64,000 nucleotides of DNA from Macrostomum lignano. Lineage: Eukaryota. The notes under the pieces are model-generated. The model was given only the letters and a program-made list of their open reading frames with translations. It had not been told where the DNA came from and did no database searches. The translations under genes and the position numbers were made by a program. Location: NCBI GenBank assembly GCA_002269645.1, contig NIVC01000080.1, forward strand, positions 186,001 to 250,000, in the 5' to 3' direction. This document shows, piece by piece, positions 1 through 12,379 of the stretch. Numbering within the stretch: position 1 is the stretch's first letter; each line of letters opens with the position of its first letter.

Positions 1-559
1 AGCAAAGAGTTAATTTATGGTCAAACAGTCCTCACAGTGCTCCCCTAGTGGTGGTGATGCCTCACGGATCGTTACACTCAAGCCAACCCTAGAGCAACTT
101 TTTTTTCAATCTTGGCCTATACTGATACGATACGATTGGAAGTCATAAATACAGTCTAAATAACTGACTGGCTTGCGTGGAGATAAAAATCTATCTATAT
201 AAAACAGCTCACCTCAAATCAGCCATGTCGTTATTTTTCGTTGCAATCTTTTTTAGTTTCAACATTTTTAACCAACTGCTATGGTTGGTAACCATGATAA
301 CAATATGGCTCGTAAATAAATAACTCAATATAGTGACTTTGCATGCAGCACTTAGCATGAAGCCTCAGATTTATTTATGTAAATATCATTTGTACTCTTT
401 ATGCACTGCGGCAAATTTGCACAGATATGAGATGCATGTATTTTTCAGCAAGTACATACCCAAGAAATGCAAGGCTTCAACCAAAGTCTAACAATTCTGA
501 AATCTCGTCAAAATAAGCCGAACCTCTAAATACATGTACAGATACAAGTCTGATACAAA

Positions 560-960
560 CAGAAGAGAGAAGAGATCAGATAGGAGAGATAAAAGAGGAG
601 AAAGGAGAGATGAGAGAGCAGAGACGAGAAATGAGACAGTAGAGCTAGAACAGAGGAGAGAGGAGAGGGAAGAGATTATAGAGACGAGTGGAGAAAGAAG
701 AGAAATATGTGAGAGCAGACATGAGAGACAATGGGAGAGAAGTGGAGTGAAGGAGAAAGGAGAATAAAGGGGGAGAATCGAGAGGACAGGAAGAGAGGGG
801 AGGTGAAAGAGTAAAGGGGAGAAAGTTGAGAGAAGAGTTGGGAAAAAAGAGGAGAGATGTTAAAGGAGAGTACAGATAAGAGATGAGAGAGAGGAGATAA
901 GACAAGAAATAAATAATAGGAGAGAGGGTCAAGATGATAGAGGAGAGAGAATAGAGAATT
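560..960. repeat. GA-rich low-complexity tract
   Basis: Purine-only runs (gagaga/agaggag). ORFs 534-767, 645-1001 and 676-966 are compositional artefacts of this tract. Confidence 0.85.
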
Positions 961-1141
961 TTGCACTGACCTACGAGGTGCAAAAAAACACGAGAAATCA
1001 AACTGAAATGTGCTAATTCTAACAGTCCTAGACTTCCATTGTTCCTACAAAATTTTAAACAGCGGGGCAGGACCTCCTGCGGGGCAGACCCATAGAAATT
1101 TTTCCGGTTTCCAAGATAAATATTGACTTATAGGGAATAAA

Positions 1142-2392
1142 CAGTGTTGGGCAAGTTACTCAAAAAAAGTAACTTGCGTTACTGTAACTTAAGTTACCAA
1201 TTTTTAAAAAGTAACTTACGTTAGCCTAGTAACTTTAGACAAAAACCCCGGTAACTTTTAAGTTACTGTCCGTTACTCACTTCCGTTACCCATGTTATTA
1301 ACAAAATTTTCTGCTTTTTTCACATTGCACATTTTTTTCACACTGTTTTTACCGAAATTTGCCATTGGGCATTGGGATTAACCGATTAACAGACAGAGAC
1401 AGCAATTGGCGACACGATGTGAGGCAAGTAGAAGGACCGATGGGCAATGGCAATCAATAATTAAAATTATAAATGATAAAATAAACGAATATCAATAATT
1501 CAATAAAGTAAAATAAATAACTGTATAAAATGGTGTAGTGTACTGCAGTGCCAGCGGAGGGACTTGTGGAGGCTACAGATGAATTTCTTTCTTTGGTTGT
1601 TTGTTTGAATCAAACTTGAAAATTTTTAGTAACTTGAAAATGGAAACGTATGAAACATTCGCCGACACCCACTCAGACACTTCTACAGACACTTCAGTTT
1701 CTGTCATACGAATCGTAGGAACAAGCATTAAATTTGTTTATTCCTTACAAACTACCAGTAAACTGCTTTATTTTAAGCTTTTTTTGCTTTATTTTATTAA
1801 ATCTGAATCATGAAATTTGTTATTCTGCATAGATTCTCTTCACGTGAAGAAGAATGTTAAATTTGTCCAGGACACTTCCTAATTCATATTTAATAAAATA
1901 AAGCAAAAAAAGCCCAAAATAAAGCAGTTTACTGGTAGTTTGTAAGGAATAAACAAATTTAATGCTTGTTCCTACGATTCGTACGACAGAAACTAAAGTG
2001 TCTGTAGAAGCGTCTGAACAAGTGTCGGCGAATGTTTCATACGTAAATGAAAGGCAAAAATATTTTACTGAAATTATAACAAAGCAAAACATGTTTCAAG
2101 TATTTCTTCATTAATTAAAGCGCAATACCAAATGATACTATTCACTTAATTTTGAATTTAGGAATGAAAAATGCAAAAACATGTGACAACCGGCGTAATA
2201 GCTAAGCATTTCAGTTTTAAATTTAAATATTGCGATTGTTGCAAAGTAACTGTAACGGACTTCTGAAATTTGAGTAACTTACCGTTACTCCGTTACTAAA
2301 ATAAAAAAGTAACTTGCGTAAGGAACGCTTTACGAAAAAGTAACTTGCGTTACCATTTGCAAGTTACTCGGTAACGGAAGTGCCCAACACTG
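1142..2392. mobile_element. Non-autonomous hAT-type DNA transposon (1.25 kb)
   Basis: TIRs CAGTGTTGGGCA...TGCCCAACACTG. Exact 8-bp TSD GGAATAAA at 1134-1141 and 2393-2400. Repeated subterminal GTAAC/GTTAC motifs at both ends. No transposase ORF. Confidence 0.9.
1646..2044. repeat. Internal inverted repeat (arms of about 160 bp, spacer of about 75 bp)
   Basis: 1646-~1806 is the near-perfect reverse complement of ~1882-2044. This explains the mirror ORFs 1601-1813(+) and 1820-2092(-). Confidence 0.9.
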
Positions 2393-2472
2393 GGAATAAA
2401 CACATACCGTACAAGCTCAAATTTGAGCTCAAAGTTCGAGCTCAAATCCTCTTAATACTAAAACTGACGCGA

Positions 2473-2476
<4 letters not shown>

Positions 2477-2505
<29 letters not shown>
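2477..2505. repeat. (GT)n microsatellite
   Basis: About 14 GT units seen directly. Confidence 0.95.
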
Positions 2506-2506
<1 letters not shown>

Positions 2507-4465
2507 GTAAGTGAACTCCTACAATTCTGGCAAGTCAGCGTCAAAACTTTAAATATATAAACATCGCCACATGAGCACGGAGTCACAACATAGTTTGAAT
2601 ATAATGGAAAGCGCACGTAAATAAGCGAAAAGCGGTATCCAACGGGGCAACACGAGCAAACTTTCAATATGCTAATTGGGAGGGGATTAAGCAATCATGG
2701 GCTGACTACCATTCTGCCACTCAGCGGGGGTCGAACGGGAGACTAACTCCTAATAAATAAATTTTCTCAGTCCTATAATCTTTAATGGCATGACACGCGG
2801 CCTTAACACATGGGGGCTCCAAGGCCTCCACGCTCCTTCCAGTGATTTTTTTAGAATAGTCTTTGGCTCTTAGCAGACAGTGCACTGCCCCCATCTACCA
2901 GATGTGTGGGCACATTCTCGATTAGATATTCTACAACAATATCTCTCCCGCGTTGCCTTCTAGCTGGCCTCAGCTGGTACAAGTCGGGCACTTTTTCAAA
3001 CAGAGGCTTCTTTCCTATGTTTGCTATCTATCTTTCCTATCTTTCCTTCTTTCCTAAGGGGAGAGAGTGGAGACCAGAGATAAATGAGAAGAGAGAGCAA
3101 AGATGAAAGAGAAGAGAGGTGAGGGAAGATCGACGAGAGAAGATGGGAGAGAGGAGATAGGAAAGAAGAGAAGAGAAGAGAGAGAGAGAAGAAAGAGAGA
3201 GAGAGAGGAAACAAAAGAGAAGATAGAAGTTTAAAAGGATCTGAGGGACATAGAGAGAGACAGGAGGCCAGAGATTTTGCCAATACATGATTTCGAAAGA
3301 CAAGTTTTTGTTTGAGTATGACTTCAGATTTTAGAACTAGATATAAGCTGAGCTGAGAGAGAAGATGAAAGTAGAGGCTGAGAGTAGAGAGAGGCTGAGA
3401 GCAGAGAGGGGCTGGGGATAGAGGTTGAGAGTGGATAGAGGCTGAGAGTAGAGAGAGGCTAAGAGTGGAGAGGCTGAGAATAGAGAGGTTGAGAGTAGAT
3501 AGAGGCTGAGAGTAGAGGTTGAGAGTAGAGAGGCTAGTTCACATTGTTCTCAATCCCATTCCACTATACATATAGTTTTTATCTAATGTGACTAAGCCAG
3601 GTGCTTTTAATGCAGGGGTTGGCAAACTTTTTACCTCGATTGAAAACCCAGCTCATGACTGCCCTTCTATAGTCCGCTTTGTTGGCCCCCAAAGCGAAGC
3701 GAGGAGTCCTGATGACAGCGGGCCAGAGGTGAGGAGAGAGGGTAAGGAATAGAAAAGAGAAATACAAGCATAGGATAAAGGAGAGGCGAAGGAATAAAGG
3801 AGAAGAGAGTTGATGAGAGGAGAGATTAAATACGAGCGGAGAGAGAGAAGGGAGATTAATGGACAGGAGAAAGGCGGGAAGGGAGATTAATGGAGAGGAG
3901 AAAGGCAGGAAGGAAGAAGAGAATGAAGAGGAAAAAGGAGATGAGAGCAAAGAGGTGAGGAGAGAGGAGAGAATAGAGATGAGGAGAGAGGAGAGGAGAG
4001 AGGTGAGGAGAGGATGAGATGAGAGAGGAGAGGGCAGAGATGAATACTAAATAAAGCAAGGGTGTAAGACCAAGATGGCCACACACCAAGATGGCCACAG
4101 CTGGGGTGGGGGTCACGGAAAATGACAGCTGGTTTTCTATTGGATAGCTTCGGGTGGGGAGATGTGGGGTTGCAATGGGGGTTTAGACAGGCAGTCAAAA
4201 TTTTATTAGTATATTGCAGGGCTAAAGACAAAAATGGTTACGAGTCTTAATTTCCTACTTATAGTAGGCCCCTAAGAGGTGTAAACATATAGCGTTTTAA
4301 ACAAATCTCTTCTTCATATAAAATGTGGTGTAGCTTTTTTCCATTTCTCTTATTGGTCGAGACTAATTTACTTGTTTAAAGGGATAAAAACTGGGTAAAT
4401 TTCATGCCCTGTTCAAAATTCATCTGTCTCATTCACTGACAGCAGTCTAAGCACTTAGATACAAA

Positions 4466-5060
4466 ATGGCAGGTGCATATCCATGTGTGGTCTGTCTGCA
4501 GCCAGTTTGCGATGGACAAGAAGCAATTGAGTGTTCTCAATGCTTGAATTGGCAGCACCGTGCATGTGATAGTCGCGTCACAATCGATCAGTATTCTGCA
4601 ATGAGAAATGTTGGTGAGTTTTTCTGGCTTTGCAATCAATGCAATAGACGGGCTCCTGCAGGTAACTTAGCAGTGTCTCAAGCTGCAGATGCTGCAGTGG
4701 TACATGTACAAGCCCCGAATTCTGGACCAGGGGCTGTGTCCTCTGCCTGCTGAAAATCCAGAACCAGTGCATTTGATTCCGGCGCAAGCAGAAAATTTTC
4801 TTTACCAGTATCCAGATTTCAATGACCCTGATCCAGCTCTGGAAGAATCCATTCAAATTCCTCCAGCAGAGCTTGCACCGCCCTGCAGCCCACCTCCCCA
4901 GCCCTTTGAGATTCTTACAGGTGCAGGATGCAGTCACGGAAAAGACCTTCTAGTGCAGTATGTCCAACGAGACCTTGGCCATCTGATGGATGAAAAAACG
5001 TGGCGAAATGGCAACACGTACTATCGCTGCACTAAGCGTCTAAGAATGTGTGTGGGCACA
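4466..5060 (+). pseudogene. PHD finger plus FLYWCH-like N-terminus of a truncated MULE-type transposase (copy 1)
   Basis: CVVC...ECSQC..WQHRAC...WLCNQC is a C4HC3 PHD finger. In a second frame, FEILTGAGCSHGKDLLV...YYRCTKRLRMCVGT resembles a FLYWCH start. The two frames are separated by a frameshift or stop, and homology is lost afterwards. Confidence 0.65.
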
Positions 5061-6206
5061 TTCTCGATTAGATATTCTACAACAATATCTCTCCCGCGTT
5101 GCCTTCTAGCTGGCCTCAGCTGGTACAAGTCGGGCACTTTTTCAAACAGAGGCTTCTTTCCTATGTTTGCTATCTATCTTTCCTATCTTTCCTTCTTTCC
5201 TAAGGGGAGAGAGTGGAGACCAGAGATAAATGAGAAGAGAGAGCAAAGATGAAAGAGAAGAGAGGTGAGGGAAGATCGACGAGAGAAGATGGGAGAGAGG
5301 AGATAGGAAAGAAGAGAAGAGAAGAGAGAGAGAGAAGAAAGAGAGAGAGAGAGGAAACAAAAGAGAAGATAGAAGTTTAAAAGGATCTGAGGGACATAGA
5401 GAGAGACAGGAGGCCAGAGATTTTGCCAATACATGATTTCGAAAGACAAGTTTTTGTTTGAGTATGACTTCAGATTTTAGAACTAGATATAAGCTGAGCT
5501 GAGAGAGAAGATGAAAGTAGAGGCTGAGAGTAGAGAGAGGCTGAGAGCAGAGAGGGGCTGGGGATAGAGGTTGAGAGTGGATAGAGGCTGAGAGTAGAGA
5601 GAGGCTAAGAGTGGAGAGGCTGAGAATAGAGAGGTTGAGAGTAGATAGAGGCTGAGAGTAGAGGTTGAGAGTAGAGAGGCTAGTTCACATTGTTCTCAAT
5701 CCCATTCCACTATACATATAGTTTTTATCTAATGTGACTAAGCCAGGTGCTTTTAATGCAGGGGTTGGCAAACTTTTTACCTCGATTGAAAACCCAGCTC
5801 ATGACTGCCCTTCTATAGTCCGCTTTGTTGGCCCCCAAAGCGAAGCGAGGAGTCCTGATGACAGCGGGCCAGAGGTGAGGAGAGAGGGTAAGGAATAGAA
5901 AAGAGAAATACAAGCATAGGATAAAGGAGAGGCGAAGGAATAAAGGAGAAGAGAGTTGATGAGAGGAGAGATTAAATACGAGCGGAGAGAGAGAAGGGAG
6001 ATTAATGGACAGGAGAAAGGCGGGAAGGGAGATTAATGGAGAGGAGAAAGGCAGGAAGGAAGAAGAGAATGAAGAGGAAAAAGGAGATGAGAGCAAAGAG
6101 GTGAGGAGAGAGGAGAGAATAGAGATGAGGAGAGAGGAGAGGAGAGAGGTGAGGAGAGGATGAGATGAGAGAGGAGAGGGCAGAGATGAATACTAAATAA
6201 AGCAAG

Positions 6207-8779
6207 GGTGTAAGACCAAGATGGCCACACACCAAGATGGCCACAGCTGGGGTGGGGGTCACGGAAAATGACAGCTGGTTTTCTATTGGATAGCTTCGGG
6301 TGGGGAGATGTGGGGTTGCAATGGGGGGTTTAGACAGGCAGTCAAAATTTTATTAGTATATTGCAGGGCTAAAGACAAAAATGGTTACGAGTCTTAATTT
6401 CCTACTTATAGTAGGCCCCTAAGAGGTGTAAACATATAGCGTTTTAAACAAATCTCTTCTTCATATAAAATGTGGTGTAGCTTTTTTCCATTTCTCTTAT
6501 TGGTCGAGACTAATTTACTTGTTTAAAGGGATAAAAACTGGGTAAATTTCATGCCCTGTTCAAAATTCATCTGTCTCATTCACTGACAGCAGTCTAAGCA
6601 CTTAGATACAAAATGGCAGGTGCATATCCATGTGTGGTCTGTCTGCAGCCAGTTTGCGATGGACAAGAAGCAATTGAGTGTTCTCAATGCTTGAATTGGC
6701 AGCACCGTGCATGTGATAGTCGCGTCACAATCGATCAGTATTCTGCAATGAGAAATGTTGGTGAGTTTTTCTGGCTTTGCAATCAATGCAATAGACGGGC
6801 TCCTGCAGGTAACTTAGCAGTGTCTCAAGCTGCAGATGCTGCAGTGGTACATGTACAAGCCCCGAATTCTGGACCAGGGGCTGTGTCCTCTGCCTGCTGA
6901 AAATCCAGAACCAGTGCATTTGATTCCGGCGCAAGCAGAAAATTTTCTTTACCAGTATCCAGATTTCAATGACCCTGATCCAGCTCTGGAAGAATCCATT
7001 CAAATTCCTCCAGCAGAGCTTGCACCGCCCTGCAGCCCACCTCCCCAGCCCTTTGAGATTCTTACAGGTGCAGGATGCAGTCACGGAAAAGACCTTCTAG
7101 TGCAGTATGTCCAACGAGACCTTGGCCATCTGATGGATGAAAAAACGTGGCGAAATGGCAACACGTACTATCGCTGCACTAAGCGTCTAAGAATGTGTGT
7201 GGGCACATTCTCGATTAGATATTCTACAACAATATCTCTCCCGCGTTGCCTTCTAGCTGGCCTCAGCTGGTACAAGTCGGGCACTTTTTCAAACAGAGGC
7301 TTCTTTCCTATGTTTGCTATCTATCTTTCCTATCTTTCCTTCTTTCCTAAGGGGAGAGAGTGGAGACCAGAGATAAATGAGAAGAGAGAGCAAAGATGAA
7401 AGAGAAGAGAGGTGAGGGAAGATCGACGAGAGAAGATGGGAGAGAGGAGATAGGAAAGAAGAGAAGAGAAGAGAGAGAGAGAAGAAAGAGAGAGAGAGAG
7501 GAAACAAAAGAGAAGATAGAAGTTTAAAAGGATCTGAGGGACATAGAGAGAGACAGGAGGCCAGAGATTTTGCCAATACATGATTTCGAAAGACAAGTTT
7601 TTGTTTGAGTATGACTTCAGATTTTAGAACTAGATATAAGCTGAGCTGAGAGAGAAGATGAAAGTAGAGGCTGAGAGTAGAGAGAGGCTGAGAGCAGAGA
7701 GGGGCTGGGGATAGAGGTTGAGAGTGGATAGAGGCTGAGAGTAGAGAGAGGCTAAGAGTGGAGAGGCTGAGAATAGAGAGGTTGAGAGTAGATAGAGGCT
7801 GAGAGTAGAGGTTGAGAGTAGAGAGGCTAGTTCACATTGTTCTCAATCCCATTCCACTATACATATAGTTTTTATCTAATGTGACTAAGCCAGGTGCTTT
7901 TAATGCAGGGGTTGGCAAACTTTTTACCTCGATTGAAAACCCAGCTCATGACTGCCCTTCTATAGTCCGCTTTGTTGGCCCCCAAAGCGAAGCGAGGAGT
8001 CCTGATGACAGCGGGCCAGAGGTGAGGAGAGAGGGTAAGGAATAGAAAAGAGAAATACAAGCATAGGATAAAGGAGAGGCGAAGGAATAAAGGAGAAGAG
8101 AGTTGATGAGAGGAGAGATTAAATACGAGCGGAGAGAGAGAAGGGAGATTAATGGACAGGAGAAAGGCGGGAAGGGAGATTAATGGAGAGGAGAAAGGCA
8201 GGAAGGAAGAAGAGAATGAAGAGGAAAAAGGAGATGAGAGCAAAGAGGTGAGGAGAGAGGAGAGAATAGAGATGAGGAGAGAGGAGAGGAGAGAGGTGAG
8301 GAGAGGATGAGATGAGAGAGGAGAGGGCAGAGATGAGAGAGAGAAAAGATTAGAGACGAGAGGGCAGAGATGAGAGAAAAGATCAGAGATAAGAGGGCAC
8401 TCCAATTTTTGCTTACTTCTATCATAACTAATACCTTTAACCTCTACCTTTAACTTTTAACATATACAAACAACACGTCAGTTTTAGTATATTGAAGATA
8501 GGTTTGAAACTATTATCCACGATCCAAAAACCAACTGTCTTGTGCTAGTAGTGCTACTAGCTTTAGTAGGTAGTAATACCTGCTGTAAAGGGAAGTGTTT
8601 TTTTTTTTACTTAGTCTAATTTCACTAACGAAATCTGTCTTCTCCGAGACTTGAAGCTAGGTCATACCCCACCCCAATCACAGCCAATAGGAAATGAGGA
8701 AATATATAGACCTATTCCTATCCAAGCAGCCATTCAAAGCTGTGGCCATCTTGGTGTGTGGCCATCTTGGTCATACGCC
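6207..8779 (+). mobile_element. Mutator-like (MULE) deletion derivative; its left end is repeated at 4061
   Basis: 42-bp TIR GGTGTAAGACCAAGATGGCCACACACCAAGATGGCCACAGCT, matched 40/42 by the reverse complement at 8738-8779. TSD AAAGCAAG at 6199-6206 and 8780-8787. Internal PHD and FLYWCH-like coding remnant. The MULE assignment is inferred from the GG termini and domain order; the DDE domain is absent. Confidence 0.7.
6613..7207 (+). pseudogene. PHD finger plus FLYWCH-like remnant (copy 2)
   Basis: Identical translation to 4466-5060. Confidence 0.65.
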
Positions 8780-9121
8780 AAAGCAAGTAGCCTAGCTCAA
8801 AATAAATACCTTAGACCTATTGCATATTTATCCATTTTGAACCATTGCATTACAACTAGCAATAGTTTCTTGATAAACTGATAGTGATAGATTTGATAGA
8901 TATGATATAATGATAGAGAATAAACTGGCACAAACAGTAAAAAGATTAAAGTTTTTATATTATGGATAATTAGTTTCAAATCTATTATTATATAAATTGT
9001 ATTTATGAATAAGATTGATTAAAAATTATTAATATAACAATAGCTAGGCTTATTAAGTTGCTAATTAATGATAAAGAAAAAGTAAATTATAGTTATAGAT
9101 ATAATAGAGATTCAATATGGT

Positions 9122-9156
9122 GCCATCTTGGTATATGACCATCTTGATCTTACACC
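9122..9156 (-). mobile_element. Orphan diverged TIR of the same MULE family
   Basis: Reverse complement GGTGTAAGATCAAGATGGTCATATACCAAGATGGC resembles the TIR at 4061/6207. Confidence 0.6.
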
Positions 9157-10859
9157 ATTGGAAATGGGGTAAAAAAATTGCCATTTTAGAGACAGATAGG
9201 CAGACTAATAAATTTGTTTGTCAAGAACAAGAGTTAAGCCTAGCCATAAATTCAAAGCTACAATACAAAGGACATTGCAATTTGCAAGGAGAACAAACGT
9301 TTTTAAGAAAATGTGCTTTTTTAATTTTAATTTTTCGCATTAATAATTTTTGCTCCAAAAGACGCCCCAAAAGGGTGTACTAGATTGCTAGTTAGGCCTA
9401 ATTACTAATAATATGACTAATTTAAATTTACTAATAAAATGTTGATTTTATGAGATTGATTTCTAGGGAGTTAGGTCTAAATCTGTCTGTCTACTCTAGC
9501 CTATTAATTAACCAAACTTTAGGCAAAAGTTAAACAAAGTAGCAAGGTATTAAAAAAATTTTTTTCTTAACCTTTTTAAATGGTCCGTCTGTTTGCTTTT
9601 TTTTTTTTAGCACGTGCTGTTACGATCTATAGGTATTTAAATATAATATTATTACTCTGATTATGCTACCAAATGATAAAAATAACTGCGCTAAGTTGAT
9701 TTAATTAATAAGTGGTAGTTAGCAAATCGTAATATTTACTTTTTCAAGTGAAACTAAAAATTAAATGTTATATTGCTTACCGCAAATTTTCCAAGAAACT
9801 GATAAGTTTCTTCTTCAGGCTCGCGTCTGTCAGAGATTCAAGAAGAGCATAGGCCTACGCATACGTAGCCATAGACTTATTCCATTTCGTCATAACCGAT
9901 GGCAAAGTTGCCAATATTTTACTAATAGCTGATACCTATACTGATACCTATATTTACACTTTGACTTTGTCCTCCACCCGCCAGTAAAAGGTGATGCCAA
10001 TGCTTTGTGTAGCATCGATAATGATGCACACAACACAAAATCCAAACCAAAAGTGTGGGCACGCTAGGCCTATCTTCCAAGTTCCAGTCAGAGAGAATTT
10101 GCCAATAAATTGCAGTAATAAATACAAAAATGGACGCCCCATCTTTTAAATGTTAAATCTCATATAAAAATTAATTCACTGCTTGCTCATTGTCATTGCT
10201 CTATGACTAGGCCCCCCTATAATTCTAATTCAATTTATATTAGGCCTGTTGCTGTTAGTGTTAATATATTATAGTCTAAATTTTCCACATTAATTCACTT
10301 GCATTGGAATTCACATGCTTGCTTATGCTGAGAGTATGCAGTTGGATGACTCTCTTCAGACCTTAGCCTTAGTCAAGTGTGGGCCTAGTGCATGCTAGGC
10401 CCATCTGCCTGATGAAAATGATGGCCTACTTATTAATAATGATGGTGGGTAGATGTGACTTATATGTGGGTAGAGGTGGGTACTTATGTAGATGTTATCA
10501 AGAATCAAGATCAATCAAGGTAGGAGGAACTAACTAGGAATGATAATTGATATTATAATAATGATAGGCTATGAACCTTATCATCTTAATGGCTTATTAA
10601 TGTTAGATTAGATGCCTAGTCATTTTGTTTGCCACTTTTTATCTGCTAGGTAGTAGACAAAATGATTTTTAATAAGAAAAATTAAAAAATAGCTATGTAA
10701 CTTTTAACTTATAAAGCTACTTTTTATATTATAATGAGATAAATTGTGAGTCATGCAAAGAGTTATTATAATATGTCTTTTTGTATGCCTAGTTTTGTTT
10801 ATTGCAACATTACAAAGAAACATTATATTTAATTTAAATATCGATTGAAAAAAGTTGGA

Positions 10860-11935
10860 AGTGCTTATCCACATGGTCCTATACCAACAATTCCAATTTT
10901 ATTCACACAGATCTGTGTCAATAATTTTCAGCTTATCCCCACTGCAGCTTATTAAAATAGCTGCTACCATTTAAGTCTCATAGGCCATGTCAATAATTTC
11001 AATTTTATCCATATAGATCTATGTCAATAATTTTCAGCTTATCCCCACAGCTAAGATTATGTAGTTGTTTATGTTTAGTTTTGTATAATACTGATGTTAA
11101 ATCAATATTGTCATTGTTATTAATATTATTATAATTATTATTATATATTGAATTTTTAATTTTGCAAGTCTCATTTGCCTCAATCTTAAGGTTGTTCAAT
11201 TGTTCTAAGCAAAGCCAGCTAAGCAAATATTTAAAATTAATATTTTTAACAATGAAAAAGTTTTAACAAAGTACTCAACAGGGCCTACTATTCAGTATTC
11301 AGTACTGGGTTTTTTTTCGCCAGAGACAAGGTGCAAAATTGCACCTTGTGCCAAATTTCAAGGTGTAATTTTAAGGCTCAGAGTGCAATTTCTCTTGAGT
11401 CTTGTTTCAGACAACTGGGAATGTATAGACATATCTTACATAAGGCTATAGCCATAGGCTATACAACTTAATAGGATTTAAAGAGTTATTTTGTTTTATA
11501 TTTTAAGGCAGTGCATGAAAAAATAGCTTAAGCATGGTTAAGCCTTTAAAGAAAAATGGTTATAAGACTGCACCTTAACCGCACCTACTTTTTTAATTTC
11601 AGGGTGCGATTTAAAAATTTAGGGTGCATACGCACACTCTGCGCACAAAAAACCCTGATTCAGTAGTTTTTTTGGAAGATTTGTAAAACAGTGAAAACAA
11701 ATAGATAGTTTTTGGATATATTCATTTTAGGGTTCTCTATTCCAATAAGCTGCTATAGGGATAAGCTGAAAATTATCAACACAGACCTATGTGAATAAAA
11801 TAGGAATTATTGACATGGCCTACAGACTTGAATAGTGGTAGCTATTTCATTGCAAATAAGCTAGAAATTATTGACACAGATCTATATGGATAAAATTAGA
11901 ATTATTGGCATGGGACCATGGGGATAATCATTTCA
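10860..11935. mobile_element. Old foldback/MITE-like element with diverged inverted arms of about 190 bp
   Basis: 10860-11052 aligns by eye to the reverse complement of 11748-11935 (shared gtcaataattttcagcttatccc, gatct and ggccatgtcaataatt motifs). No TSD identified. Confidence 0.6.
11305..11657. mobile_element. hAT-type MITE (353 bp)
   Basis: Termini CTGGGTTTTTT...AAAAAACCCTG. Exact 8-bp TSD ATTCAGTA at 11297-11304 and 11658-11665. Confidence 0.85.
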
Positions 11936-12379
11936 AAAAAAGTTTGTAAATTTAAATAGAAAGCAAAGTAGTTTGTAGTTGAATAAGATAGTGATTGGCC
12001 GGCTGTTATAAGCATTGTTATGAACCCTGGCCTTTTCTCTATCCAATGACAATAATGTATGTTGTCTTATTGCAGTTTATTTATAATAAACAAAAGTTAA
12101 TATATAGGTCAAGTTGACAGTTGTTTGGTAGGGGTCTTTCAGATAATAATATTCTTAGATAGACTCATACATGCGCAACCTCCAAAATTTGGTCGGCCGT
12201 GCGACTTAGTTTTCGGCCAAAAATGCGACTTACATGAAAAAAACCTGAAAGCAAAATTAACGCAACTTTGGGTAAACGGCAGGAGTAACTATGACTGTCT
12301 TTATTAAGGCAAAATGCTTCGTCAGCTACTTAATACTACTTTGGTATTTATTTGGGTGGGCATTTTTGCAACTTACCTT

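Larger units (their letters stand above)
2903..8335 (+). repeat. Direct tandem repeat, 2146-2147-bp unit, about 2.5 copies
   Basis: Identical ORF sets recur at offsets of 2146 and 2147 (e.g. 2996/5142/7289 and 4466/6613). Unit starts at tgtgtgggcacattc at 2903, 5049 and 7196. Confidence 0.95.

Noticed and set aside
3613-3640. CAGGGGTTGGCAAAC hAT-like end within the tandem unit
   Set aside because: No partner end or TSD found, so it is not annotated as an element.
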